The notes beneath the pieces are model-generated. The model saw only the letters and a list, made by a program, of their open reading frames with translations. It did no database searches and had not been told where the DNA came from. Below, piece by piece: positions 25,204-33,483 of a stretch of 64,000 nucleotides of DNA. Origin of the DNA: Patescibacteria group bacterium (GTDB lineage Bacteria > Patescibacteriota > Microgenomatia > Levybacterales > UBA12049). Position numbers and translations under genes: made by a program. The number at the start of each line of letters is the position of its first letter. Position 1 is the stretch's first letter. The DNA is taken from the NCBI GenBank assembly GCA_038064195.1, contig JBBTTO010000003.1, forward strand, positions 178,428 to 242,427, given 5' to 3'.

Positions 25204-25908
25204 TTGCGACGAATGAAAATACAAGACGATATTATTTCTTACAGAGAGATGTGTGATATCGAAAATGTTCAAACCCTTCAAAGAGGTATGAATTATCGAT
25301 TAAACAGAGATTATTCAGTGATTCTCCTCTCTCAAAGAACTAATGCTCCATATCAAGACAAGATTCATGAAGACGGCATCTCTATTGAATATGAGGGTCA
25401 TGATATATCGAGAAAAGGCTATGATCATAATCCTAAAGCGTATGATCAGGAGTCAAGACTCCCATCTGGAAGATTAACTCAAAATGGGTTATTTCTTCAA
25501 GCGGCTGAAGAATATAAGCGTGGTCAACGAAAGCCAGAGTTAATAAAAGCCTATGAAAAAATTATGGATGGGGTTTGGTCATTAAAAGGCTTTTTTGAGT
25601 TAGTGGATTATAAAATAGAACATGATGGGGCTAGAAATACTTTTCATTTTATTTTAAGACTGACAAATGACCAGTCAGTGAGAAATATTGAAAAAATTGA
25701 TGTGGCTCACACTCGACTTATTCCGTCGCAGGTTAAAAAAGAAGTCTGGAAAAGAGATGGGGGTAAGTGTGTGATTTGTGAAAGTCGTAATAATTTACAT
25801 TTTGACCATGAACTCCCGTTTTCAAAAGGTGGGACAAGTCTAACCTCAAAAAATGTTCAACTTCTTTGTATGAAACATAATCTAGAAAAGTCTGCGAAGA
25901 TAGAGTGA
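25204..25908 (+). CDS. HNH endonuclease with an N-terminal SRA-like (putative modified-cytosine reader) domain
   Basis: C-terminus GGKCVICESRNNLHFDHELPFSKGG...CMKHN is an HNH motif. N-terminus DYSVILLSQRTNAPYQDKIHEDGISIEYEGHD resembles the SRA core. A TTG or internal ATG start follows directly after TATAAT. Confidence 0.55.
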   Translation: MRRMKIQDDIISYREMCDIENVQTLQRGMNYRLNRDYSVILLSQRTNAPYQDKIHEDGISIEYEGHDISRKGYDHNPKAYDQESRLPSGRLTQNGLFLQAAEEYKRGQRKPELIKAYEKIMDGVWSLKGFFELVDYKIEHDGARNTFHFILRLTNDQSVRNIEKIDVAHTRLIPSQVKKEVWKRDGGKCVICESRNNLHFDHELPFSKGGTSLTSKNVQLLCMKHNLEKSAKIE

Positions 25909-26007
25909 TTTTTGTACCTACCGCGAAGCAGTTAAAAAAGTGGAGCTCTAAATACCCAACTCTTCCATATTGCTTTTTGATTTTTGGGGATTTATACTAA
26001 TTCTTAG

Positions 26008-26433
26008 ATGAACTATCAGGTAAATTTACTCGCTGTTGTGATCGCCACTGTCCTGCAGTTTGCGGTCGGTGCAGTCTGGTACACTTTTATCTTCGGCAAA
26101 TTGTGGGGCGATATTCACGGCTTTCACAAACTGCCTAAAGAGACTCAGGACAAAATGAAGAAAGACATCACGCCGTATTACGCCCTCCAGTTATTCGTCA
26201 CCATCCTGGCCACTATTGTCCTTTCGATCCTGATCACCAATCTTCCTCAGTCCAACCCCTATGTCGTAGCCTTCCTCGTCTGGCTCGGCTTTACCGTCCC
26301 GGCACAGGCAAGCGCCATCATCTTCGGCAATGATGACAAAAAATGGCTGGTCAAAAAACTCTCAGTCCAGGCCGGTGCGGCACTCGCGTGCCTGGAAGTC
26401 GCAGCCCTCGTCCTCTCCATGTTCTCCCGCTAA
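26008..26433 (+). CDS. DUF1761-like membrane protein
   Basis: 4 TM helices. LLAVVIATVLQFAVGAVWY. Confidence 0.45.
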   Translation: MNYQVNLLAVVIATVLQFAVGAVWYTFIFGKLWGDIHGFHKLPKETQDKMKKDITPYYALQLFVTILATIVLSILITNLPQSNPYVVAFLVWLGFTVPAQASAIIFGNDDKKWLVKKLSVQAGAALACLEVAALVLSMFSR

Positions 26434-26598
26434 ATTAACTGTCTCATAGTATATATTTATTGGTCAAAATATGCTACAATATAGTTTCTGTGAATGCAGG
26501 GGAGGGAGGAATTCTTCCTTGCGCGTTTTCAGAAATCGCCGGGGGGCGATACGGATCTTTAACTTTCGAACGGATTTACCAAAAAGGAGTACAACGTC

Positions 26599-27147
26599 AT
26601 GCGCCGGATTTTCGCAATCTTCGCGTTGACACTCGGGCTCACGCTCGGGTTCGCCTACAGCGGCCCGGTTTCGGCCGCAAGTAGCTCAGTCTGCAAGATC
26701 CCCAACGGGGGTGATGCAGACAACAACGGCATCGGTGACGCCGGCGTCCGGGTCGTCTGCAACTACACCTCGGTGTACGCTTACGACAGCAGCGACGCCT
26801 ACTACTGGGACCTCGGCGACGGACGAATTTACACGTCTGCCGGGATCACCACGATCGACGACCTCGACCAGGACACGCTTTCGGTGTGTGACTACCAAGT
26901 CCACACCAAAGGCTCCTTCAATAACGACCCGTACCAGGACACCGGCGTGATCAGCAACATGATCAGGTGCTCTGGCTTTGGCGGCAACGCGACCTTCAAC
27001 TACCAAATCGTCCATTCGGATGATCCCCGTTACACGGGCAATCCCGACTGGGCGATCTGGGGCGACTGGGAGTACCACGTCCTGACCGAGTCAGGAAGTG
27101 GGAACGTCGTCCAGACGATCGTCGCGCATCTCAATCGCCCTGTCTAG
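26599..27147 (+). CDS. Secreted hypothetical protein, very GC-rich
   Basis: Signal peptide MRRIFAIFALTLGLTLGFAYSGPVSAAS. GGAGGAG-like RBS. Confidence 0.5.
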   Translation: MRRIFAIFALTLGLTLGFAYSGPVSAASSSVCKIPNGGDADNNGIGDAGVRVVCNYTSVYAYDSSDAYYWDLGDGRIYTSAGITTIDDLDQDTLSVCDYQVHTKGSFNNDPYQDTGVISNMIRCSGFGGNATFNYQIVHSDDPRYTGNPDWAIWGDWEYHVLTESGSGNVVQTIVAHLNRPV

Positions 27148-27179
27148 CTCGAACAAATCCGTTCCGCCCCCCAACCAAT

Positions 27180-27206
27180 GCCCGCCCCGAGTCATTCGGG
27201 GCGGGC
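27180..27206 (+). terminator. GC-rich hairpin gcccgccccga-gtcat-tcggggcgggc after the secreted protein gene
   Basis: 11-bp perfect stem read directly. Weak U-tract. Confidence 0.5.
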
Positions 27207-27270
27207 AACCGTACACTTGATTCGTCTCCAGTTGAATTATAGGCTCCACTAGGTATATAATCCTCTCACT

Positions 27271-27609
27271 ATGGTTGAATATCACGGTCCGAGTACAGAG
27301 CACGATAGGTATCAATCCAAATTTGTAAGAGTCGGTACGAGGCTCTACGTGACTGAACCCGGTGACACAAAGACACAACATTCAGAGTTGGCGGAGCAGG
27401 ACGGGTTCGTTGAGGAGTTGATCTCTTTGCGGGAGAACGACCCTTCGGCTGTCGACGCGGGTCAGATCGGGGTATCAAAGGACCCCGAGCAAATTTTGGT
27501 TATGGGTTTTTCCGGTACCCTGGATTTACCCCAAGGCGATGAAGCAAGACCCAGGACTATTGAGACTTTTCAGGAACAGACTCCGACTCACTCGGTCTCC
27601 GGCTTCTAA
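27271..27609 (+). CDS. Hypothetical protein
   Basis: 112-aa ORF. TATAAT at 27256-27261 lies 9 nt upstream of the ATG. Confidence 0.35.
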   Translation: MVEYHGPSTEHDRYQSKFVRVGTRLYVTEPGDTKTQHSELAEQDGFVEELISLRENDPSAVDAGQIGVSKDPEQILVMGFSGTLDLPQGDEARPRTIETFQEQTPTHSVSGF

Positions 27610-27656
27610 AGTATTTTCCTCCTTATTTTTAGTCTTTTGAGATATATAATCCGCCT

Positions 27657-28076
27657 TTGTACTTGCTGCTTCTTGTTTCCTGCTATACTCATAGAGTGAA
27701 AGATCTCCATCAGACCTACCACATCAAAGCGCCAGTCGCGAAAGTCTGGGACGCGCTCGTCAATCCCAAAGTCATTGAGAAATGGAGCGGGAGCAGGGCT
27801 GTCATGGATGCCAATGTCGGCAGCAAATTCAGTCTCTGGGATGGGGATATCAAGGGTACCAATATCAAAGTTGTGGCTGAACGCGAACTCGCTCAGGACT
27901 GGTTTGGCGGTAAGTGGGACGAGTCATCTCAGGTTGTTTTCCTCTTGTCAGAAAAAGATGGGGTGACGACTGTAGAACTCAAGCAAGAAAATATCCCGGA
28001 TAGCGAAGCAGCCGATATCGCGGATGGCTGGAAATCCTACTACATAGGTCCTCTGACTGATCTCCTCGAAGAATAA
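27657..28076 (+). CDS. SRPBCC/AHSA1 (activator of Hsp90 ATPase-like, Bet v1 fold) family protein
   Basis: IKAPVAKVWDALVNPKVIEKW is the typical AHSA1-domain N-terminus. Confidence 0.55.
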   Translation: MYLLLLVSCYTHRVKDLHQTYHIKAPVAKVWDALVNPKVIEKWSGSRAVMDANVGSKFSLWDGDIKGTNIKVVAERELAQDWFGGKWDESSQVVFLLSEKDGVTTVELKQENIPDSEAADIADGWKSYYIGPLTDLLEE

Positions 28077-28110
28077 ATGCGTAACTCGTACTGATTTAAC
28101 CATCTTTTGA

Positions 28111-28156
28111 CTGACAAAACAGCCTATTTGTTAGCTCTTTGTCAGGTATTTTGTTC
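28111..28156 (+). terminator. Hairpin ctgacaaa...tttgtcag plus T-run after the SRPBCC gene
   Basis: 8-bp stem with a nested inner stem, followed by gtattttgtt. Confidence 0.45.
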
Positions 28157-28347
28157 GTCAATGTTTTATCCTACATATGGAGTTACCCTATTATCTGAAT
28201 ATTATCCTATAATATGGTATAATTCCTGATATTACAGGAACGGCGTGACAGTTTTTTGCAGTTATGTTCGTGCCTGTTTTATTTTTTCCTGCCTGTCGGC
28301 AGGCAAGTCGTACATTGATATCGAACTAGAATACGCACAGGCTCGCC

Positions 28348-28737
28348 GTGTTTACTACACGTAAGCAGGGCGAGCCTGTGCAATCGTGCCTGAGCTCGAG
28401 TAAAATCAGGGGGAGATCCGTGGCCAGTTTTAATCAAGTTCGCAAAGTCGTATCTCTTCAGTCGCTTAGGGCAGGGCCCGTCTCTACGCCGAAGCCGGTT
28501 TCACACCCGTGCGGTGTTATGGAGGATCTTCCTCAGGACTTCAAATATCTTTTGATCTGGGTCGTTTCTGGGCCGATTGGGTGCCCTGACAGGTTTAGGG
28601 TCTACGCCAATCACGGCGACGATGACTTCCTGTTGCTCGGTCAGCTAAACGCTACAAAATGCTCGGAAATTCATGCCGAGCTCGTTACTCATTTCGGCCA
28701 AAAGCTGGCTGATGAGACCAGCATTCCGGCATTCTAG
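28348..28737 (+). CDS. Hypothetical protein (GTG start; doubtful)
   Basis: GC-rich ORF. The 5' end overlaps strong hairpins, so the real start may be the internal MEDLPQ. Confidence 0.25.
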   Translation: MFTTRKQGEPVQSCLSSSKIRGRSVASFNQVRKVVSLQSLRAGPVSTPKPVSHPCGVMEDLPQDFKYLLIWVVSGPIGCPDRFRVYANHGDDDFLLLGQLNATKCSEIHAELVTHFGQKLADETSIPAF

Positions 28738-28757
28738 TTCACGATTCACGTGTGATT

Positions 28758-28791
28758 GAGGCGGCCCGAAGTACATCGGGCCGCCTTTTTC
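28758..28791 (+). terminator. Classic rho-independent terminator (gaggcggccc-loop-gggccgcctc + TTTTT)
   Basis: Read directly. Confidence 0.7.
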
Positions 28792-28816
28792 GTATCCGCT
28801 TGACAGCCAAGCGGGA

Positions 28817-29371
28817 TTGTTGCTTAATAATGATATGCCAAAAGCAGGTGTTCGAAAAATTAAAAGGACTCCGACACTTTTCATGGTCATCATCGTCGGG
28901 CTGATCCTGCTCATCCTTGCAGTGTCTGCTAAGTATCTCACTGCCAAAAAAATCATGCTCTCATATAACAACCTTGCGACCCGTCAGGCTGCCCAATCTA
29001 CCGCCGAGCAGGCCAAAATCATCGCCACGACTATTACCACTCAGCCATCTATCACATCACCTCTTTATTTAGCTCCTGCGCAGCTAGAAGCGCATATCAT
29101 CCTGCTCAGTAAGCAGCTGGAGCGCGACATCGTTATCATAGATACAGAGCGTACCATCCTGGCAGATACTGTCCCTGCCAATGTCGGGAGTAAGTACACG
29201 GAGGATGACAACAAAGCTATCGATCAGACCCTACAGCAGGGGAGATTCGGAACTTTTGTTGAGAACAGCCGCGACTATCCAAAAGGTCTGGCAGAAGTCG
29301 TCATTCCGCTTCTCGATACTAAAAATCAGACCGTCGGAGCAGTTATCCTCTCCCTCAACCACACCCAATAA
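28817..29371 (+). CDS. Membrane-anchored extracytoplasmic sensor-like (Cache/PDC-like) domain protein without an output domain
   Basis: One TM helix followed by an approx 140-aa mixed alpha/beta domain. Confidence 0.35.
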   Translation: MLLNNDMPKAGVRKIKRTPTLFMVIIVGLILLILAVSAKYLTAKKIMLSYNNLATRQAAQSTAEQAKIIATTITTQPSITSPLYLAPAQLEAHIILLSKQLERDIVIIDTERTILADTVPANVGSKYTEDDNKAIDQTLQQGRFGTFVENSRDYPKGLAEVVIPLLDTKNQTVGAVILSLNHTQ

Positions 29372-29391
29372 CTCAGCCATAAACCTATAGT

Positions 29392-29420
29392 TTGCTATAG
29401 TATCAGTTTTTCGCTATAAT
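29392..29420 (+). promoter_or_regulatory. Sigma70-type promoter (TTGCTA-17-TATAAT) of paralog 1
   Basis: Read directly. GAAGGAA RBS downstream. Confidence 0.55.
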
Positions 29421-29467
29421 TGATCCTAATCTACCGATTCGTTCGTTCTTCGTAGAAGGAAATTTCC

Positions 29468-29917
29468 ATGGCACGTTCACCGAGAAGTGTGTTAACATCC
29501 GAGTATCTCATTCAACCTCGGCATTTCGACACACTTAAGCATTCCGTGGGCGCTACGGGCGTCGACCCGGATGAAGAGCCGTTTGCTCGGGCCATCATCA
29601 ATTTTTGTCAAGATCGTGGCGAGAGTTGGGGGCCTTTCACTCAAGAAGAGGTGGAGGCCTACCTCGTGGAGATCGAGGAAAAGCCATTAGACATCTATAG
29701 GGTCATGAAAAAGTGGGCGAGTCGTTGGCTCGTCTACGTGATCGATGAGCGCGAAGTGACGGTCCAGGATCCCCGCACAGGGAAAGACAAGAAGGTCATG
29801 AAAGCGACGTACATCTTGCGTCATTTGTTCGTGGCAGGTTGCTTTTCGTCAGCTGGGATTCGTCACTATCAGTCGATAGATCCTGAAGCACCCCAGGGCG
29901 GGGCGCCTCAGACGTAA
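29468..29917 (+). CDS. Hypothetical protein, paralog 1 (ends EAPQGGAPQT)
   Basis: 149 aa. Homologous to CDS 30096-30476. Confidence 0.5.
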   Translation: MARSPRSVLTSEYLIQPRHFDTLKHSVGATGVDPDEEPFARAIINFCQDRGESWGPFTQEEVEAYLVEIEEKPLDIYRVMKKWASRWLVYVIDEREVTVQDPRTGKDKKVMKATYILRHLFVAGCFSSAGIRHYQSIDPEAPQGGAPQT

Positions 29918-29936
29918 CCAACCGCTGCACATGCGC

Positions 29937-29998
29937 AGAGGAGAAGCACGTCGGGGCGTCCCTGACAACACCTGAGGTGCTTCTTCTCTTTTTCTTCC
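29937..29998 (+). terminator. Long-stem terminator (agaggagaagcac...gtgcttcttctct + TTTTTCTT)
   Basis: Read directly. Conserved with 30499-30560. Confidence 0.6.
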
Positions 29999-30021
29999 AG
30001 AACTCAACCTTATCCCATAGT

Positions 30022-30050
30022 TTGATTTAGTTTTTCCACTTTGCTATAAT
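30022..30050 (+). promoter_or_regulatory. Extended -10 promoter (TTGATT-17-TGcTATAAT) of paralog 2
   Basis: Read directly. Confidence 0.55.
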
Positions 30051-30095
30051 TTCCTTACTACCGTTTGGTGTAGGGACTTTCAAGAAGGAAGGGCA

Positions 30096-30476
30096 ATGAT
30101 CGTCAGGATGGTTGAGGCTCAGGTTGACCGTTATACGGTACAGCCAAGCCAGATCGATTCGCGTCGACACTTTTTTGGCGTATTCGGAAGTATTGAGTTG
30201 GCTCTCACGGCCACAATGATACTGAAGGTCTGCCAGAAAAAAAACAGGTGGACTTGGCTATCTCGAGATGAAATCCTCGAGCATGCCGGACAGAGGTTCG
30301 AGCACTACTCCCTGATGTTGGAGGAGATGATCGAGCTCGAGATGCTTATTCGCGACGAGCTGGGCAAGTACCACGTCACCAACGCCTTTGTGCGTGCGTG
30401 TTACTTCTCTCAAAACATCCCACTCTACAACTACGTAGTCACTGAAGCACCCCGAGGTGGGGCTACACCCGCATAG
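30096..30476 (+). CDS. Hypothetical protein, paralog 2 (ends EAPRGGATPA)
   Basis: 126 aa. Confidence 0.5.
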   Translation: MIVRMVEAQVDRYTVQPSQIDSRRHFFGVFGSIELALTATMILKVCQKKNRWTWLSRDEILEHAGQRFEHYSLMLEEMIELEMLIRDELGKYHVTNAFVRACYFSQNIPLYNYVVTEAPRGGATPA

Positions 30477-30498
30477 AGCGAGCTTTCTGTATAAGCAC

Positions 30499-30560
30499 AG
30501 AGAAGAGAAGCATGTCGGGGTCGGCCCGCAACATCTTGAGGTGCTTCTTCTCGTTTAATC
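30499..30560 (+). terminator. Long-stem terminator paralogous to 29937-29998
   Basis: gagaagagaagca...tgcttcttctcg followed by tttaat. Confidence 0.55.
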
Positions 30561-30641
30561 CATATTGGAATTATTTATATTCTCGAAAACTTCGTACTTT
30601 TTTGGATTGACAGACTTTAATTGAATTGCCATAGTAGAGAC

Positions 30642-30833
30642 ATGGCTAAGAAGAAAACGAAAATAACAAAGAAAGTTGCACATCACTCAGCTCATCGTCA
30701 CTTCCGTCCGAGTTATAAGGCTCATCCTGCCTGGCATCTAACCAGTAGCGCATTGGTACTCATCCTCTTGGGTATTATTATTTTTTGCCTGATCGCGTAT
30801 TACTCAAGTCTTTCGACCGTCCAGCCTTATTAA
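30642..30833 (+). CDS. Small His/Lys-rich single-TM protein
   Basis: MAKKKTKITKKVAHHSAHRHFRPSYKAHPAWH followed by a TM helix. Confidence 0.4.
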   Translation: MAKKKTKITKKVAHHSAHRHFRPSYKAHPAWHLTSSALVLILLGIIIFCLIAYYSSLSTVQPY

Positions 30834-30892
30834 TCAGTCTGTCCACGAAATTTACTCCGTTTTCTGAGCAAGTTCAGGTATAATAGATATCT

Positions 30893-31603
30893 ATGGATGA
30901 ACTAATTTTCTTAGACACCGAGACGACCGGGAACGACTTGCTGGCTGACCGCCTATTCCAGGTCTGCTACAAACATAACGGTAAGATGACGTCAGAATAT
31001 TTTAAGCCTCCTGTGCCGATCAGTGTTAAATCCCAAAGCATCACCCATGTGACCAACAAAATGGTGGCGGACAAACCCGCCTTCAAAGACAGTCAGATGA
31101 AGAAAGATTTGCATGAATTACTCAAAACGCATGTGATGGTGGCACACAATGCCGTCTTTGATATCGCCATGCTCGTCCATGAAGAGGTGAGTGTGCCCAG
31201 ATTTATCTGTACCCTCAAAATTGCCCGCTATTTGGATAAAAACGGTGTCATCCCTGAATACAATTTGCAGTACCTGCGGTACTACTTGGAGCTGGATGTG
31301 GAGGCACAGGCCCATGAAGCAGAAGATGATGTCAAAGTCGTTGAGGCACTTTTTAAGAGGCAATACGCCAAAATGCTCGAGCTCCATGGTGATCATGCGA
31401 AAGTCGTTGAGGAGATGATCAAAATCTCACTTGAACCGAGTCTGTTCACGCTTTTCCCCTTCGGCAAGCACAAAGGGCGTAAAATTGAAGAGGTCATCAT
31501 CAGTGATCGGCCATATGTGGAGTGGCTGCTTGAGCAAAAAATGCAAAACCCCGATGATCTGGACTGGATTTATACGCTCAAATTCCACCTTAAAACGCTC
31601 TGA
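30893..31603 (+). CDS. DEDD-family (DnaQ-like) 3'-5' exonuclease with a C-terminal DUF3820-like domain
   Basis: Exo I FLDTETTG, Exo II VAHNAVFDIAML. The C-terminus FGKHKGRKIEEVIISDRPYVEWL fits the DUF3820 motif. Confidence 0.7.
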   Translation: MDELIFLDTETTGNDLLADRLFQVCYKHNGKMTSEYFKPPVPISVKSQSITHVTNKMVADKPAFKDSQMKKDLHELLKTHVMVAHNAVFDIAMLVHEEVSVPRFICTLKIARYLDKNGVIPEYNLQYLRYYLELDVEAQAHEAEDDVKVVEALFKRQYAKMLELHGDHAKVVEEMIKISLEPSLFTLFPFGKHKGRKIEEVIISDRPYVEWLLEQKMQNPDDLDWIYTLKFHLKTL

Positions 31604-31640
31604 AATTGCTTTTCGGCAGAGTTTGGTCGATAATAATACC

Positions 31641-32441
31641 ATGGATCCGCAGCCACAGCCAGTACCACCGCCTCCACCTGTTGTCCCACCGCCAAGTCCT
31701 ATGCCCATGCGTAAAAGCCCACCGCTGATGATGATAGTTGGTGCAGTTATTCTTTTACTTATCGTCGCAGGTGGGGCGTATTTTCTCGGACTTCGTACTG
31801 GTTCAAAATCTGATTTGACCATAACTCCTGAGAGGAATGAAGCACAACCCCAAGCTCAGATTACGCAAGAACCAACTCCGACAATTGTTGTAGATGAAAC
31901 GGCTAACTGGAAAACATATACTTCTGTCTATGAAGGAGCGAGTTTTAAATATCCAGCTGATTGGGTCATCAAGACAACTACCAATCAATATTTGGAAGGA
32001 GAACAAGTAACACTTACTTCTCCTACAGGTGTTAAAGTCTATTTTCTGCCTTACGTAACAGGACTTGGTGGAGGATGTGATGCTGCTGATTGTCCGGTCG
32101 TCAAAACATCCCTGGTCAAACCATTGATGAGTACAGGGAGTGAAGTGCAGTTGTATCTGACTGAAAGTAGTTATCAGGGGATCAAAAGGATAGGGATTGT
32201 GAGCTTAATGGATAACAACCAATACATAACTATCCCAGTTGTCGGAGAGAAAAAAGGTTTTCCATATTATTTGATATTCCAAAATCATAAAGGTGATCAG
32301 GCAGGTTTTTATATGGAGTTAGGGAGTTTTAACAATCCGTATCCGCAGGCAAATCTTAAGGATATGGATGATGCGACGTTTTTTGCACTTCCTGATATCG
32401 CACGTTCTGTTCAGATCATTTCTTCACTCAAATATCAGTAA
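31641..32441 (+). CDS. Pro-rich membrane-anchored hypothetical protein (paralog of the partial gene at 1-726)
   Basis: MDPQPQPVPPPPPVVPPPSP followed by a TM helix and an extracytoplasmic domain with GGGCDAADCP. The ORF-track version from 31431 overlaps the exonuclease and is probably too long. Confidence 0.5.
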   Translation: MDPQPQPVPPPPPVVPPPSPMPMRKSPPLMMIVGAVILLLIVAGGAYFLGLRTGSKSDLTITPERNEAQPQAQITQEPTPTIVVDETANWKTYTSVYEGASFKYPADWVIKTTTNQYLEGEQVTLTSPTGVKVYFLPYVTGLGGGCDAADCPVVKTSLVKPLMSTGSEVQLYLTESSYQGIKRIGIVSLMDNNQYITIPVVGEKKGFPYYLIFQNHKGDQAGFYMELGSFNNPYPQANLKDMDDATFFALPDIARSVQIISSLKYQ

Positions 32442-32479
32442 TTTTTGCTTCTTTTTCTCCTCAAGCGTATAATTCCGGT

Positions 32480-33127
32480 ATGGATCAAACCGTTCAGATC
32501 AAAGTTGATGGCTTTTTCCGCAAATACAAAAAGCATAGCTATAAAAAAGGTGAAATGCTTATCCGTGCTGATGATGAGCCGCAGGGGACGATGTATCTGA
32601 CCAGGGGACGGGTAAAAGCATATTCCATCTCCCGCAAGGGTGAGGAAGTAATCGTCAATATTTTTAAGGAAGGTTCATTTTTCCCGATGTCATGGGCCGT
32701 CACTGACAGCCCCAATACGTATTTTTATGAGGCGTTGACAGAAGTTGAGTTATGGCGTGCTCCCAAAAATGACGTTGTTGTTTTCCTCCGAACTGAGCCG
32801 GATGTGCTTTTTGATCTTCTCAGGCGGGTTTTTATCGGTGTAGACGGCATCTTGCAGCGGATGAGTTATCTCATGGGTGAGGATGCGTATACACGTTTGA
32901 TCGCTGAACTTGTGATAACTGCCAAAAGATTCGGAGAAAAGACAGAAGAGGGAGCGGTAGAGTTAAAAATTTCAGAAAAAGATTTAGCCGCTCAGACAGG
33001 TCTTACGCGTGAGACGGTGAGTCGGGAGATAAAAAAGCTCAAGGATAAAAATCTGATAACTTTGCGTCGGGATGTGGTCCTGATACAAAGTCTTTCATAC
33101 CTTGAAAATGAGCTGGTGGAGGATTAA
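32480..33127 (+). CDS. Crp/Fnr-family transcriptional regulator
   Basis: cNMP-binding beta-barrel plus a C-terminal HTH (EKDLAAQTGLTRETVSREIKKL). Confidence 0.75.
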   Translation: MDQTVQIKVDGFFRKYKKHSYKKGEMLIRADDEPQGTMYLTRGRVKAYSISRKGEEVIVNIFKEGSFFPMSWAVTDSPNTYFYEALTEVELWRAPKNDVVVFLRTEPDVLFDLLRRVFIGVDGILQRMSYLMGEDAYTRLIAELVITAKRFGEKTEEGAVELKISEKDLAAQTGLTRETVSREIKKLKDKNLITLRRDVVLIQSLSYLENELVED

Positions 33128-33474
33128 AGTGTCCTTGTGATGAGTTCGGTGGTTGGGATAATCCGGTTGCGTTTTTTTTCACCAGTCGGTAAGCCTGTCG
33201 GGAGAAGATATCCCTGCCAGGTTCCATTTCCCGTATGTAACTCCAAATGGAGGAGGTCTGTCAAATCCGGTTCGTCCTCTACCTCATAAAGCCGGTAATT
33301 GCCCATAGACAGTATCGCGTCTGTCTTGTAGGGATTATGTGTTGTCACCAGTATCTCACCTATCTCCCCGGCGTTGATCCAGGCATATGAGCGATCCTCA
33401 TCAAGGGTGAGGATTTTGGTCTGTTTTTTGGTCTCAAGTAAGCGATATCTTCCCTGCGCATTTGTTGTGATCAT
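33124..33474 (-). CDS. Hypothetical protein
   Basis: 116-aa ORF downstream of the bactofilin-repeat gene. Its stop overlaps the convergent Crp gene by 4 nt. Confidence 0.4.
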   Translation of the reverse strand: MITTNAQGRYRLLETKKQTKILTLDEDRSYAWINAGEIGEILVTTHNPYKTDAILSMGNYRLYEVEDEPDLTDLLHLELHTGNGTWQGYLLPTGLPTGEKKRNRIIPTTELITRTL

Positions 33475-33483
33475 TGTCTCTCC

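Noticed and set aside
26686-27078. Antisense and alternate-frame ORFs within the very GC-rich secreted-protein gene
   Set aside because: High-GC DNA yields long open frames on all strands. Only the plus-strand frame has a signal peptide and RBS.
31427-32006. Minus-strand ORFs 31427-31822 and 31803-32006
   Set aside because: They are antisense to the Pro-rich gene. The Gly-rich translation is the mirror of the poly-Pro tract.
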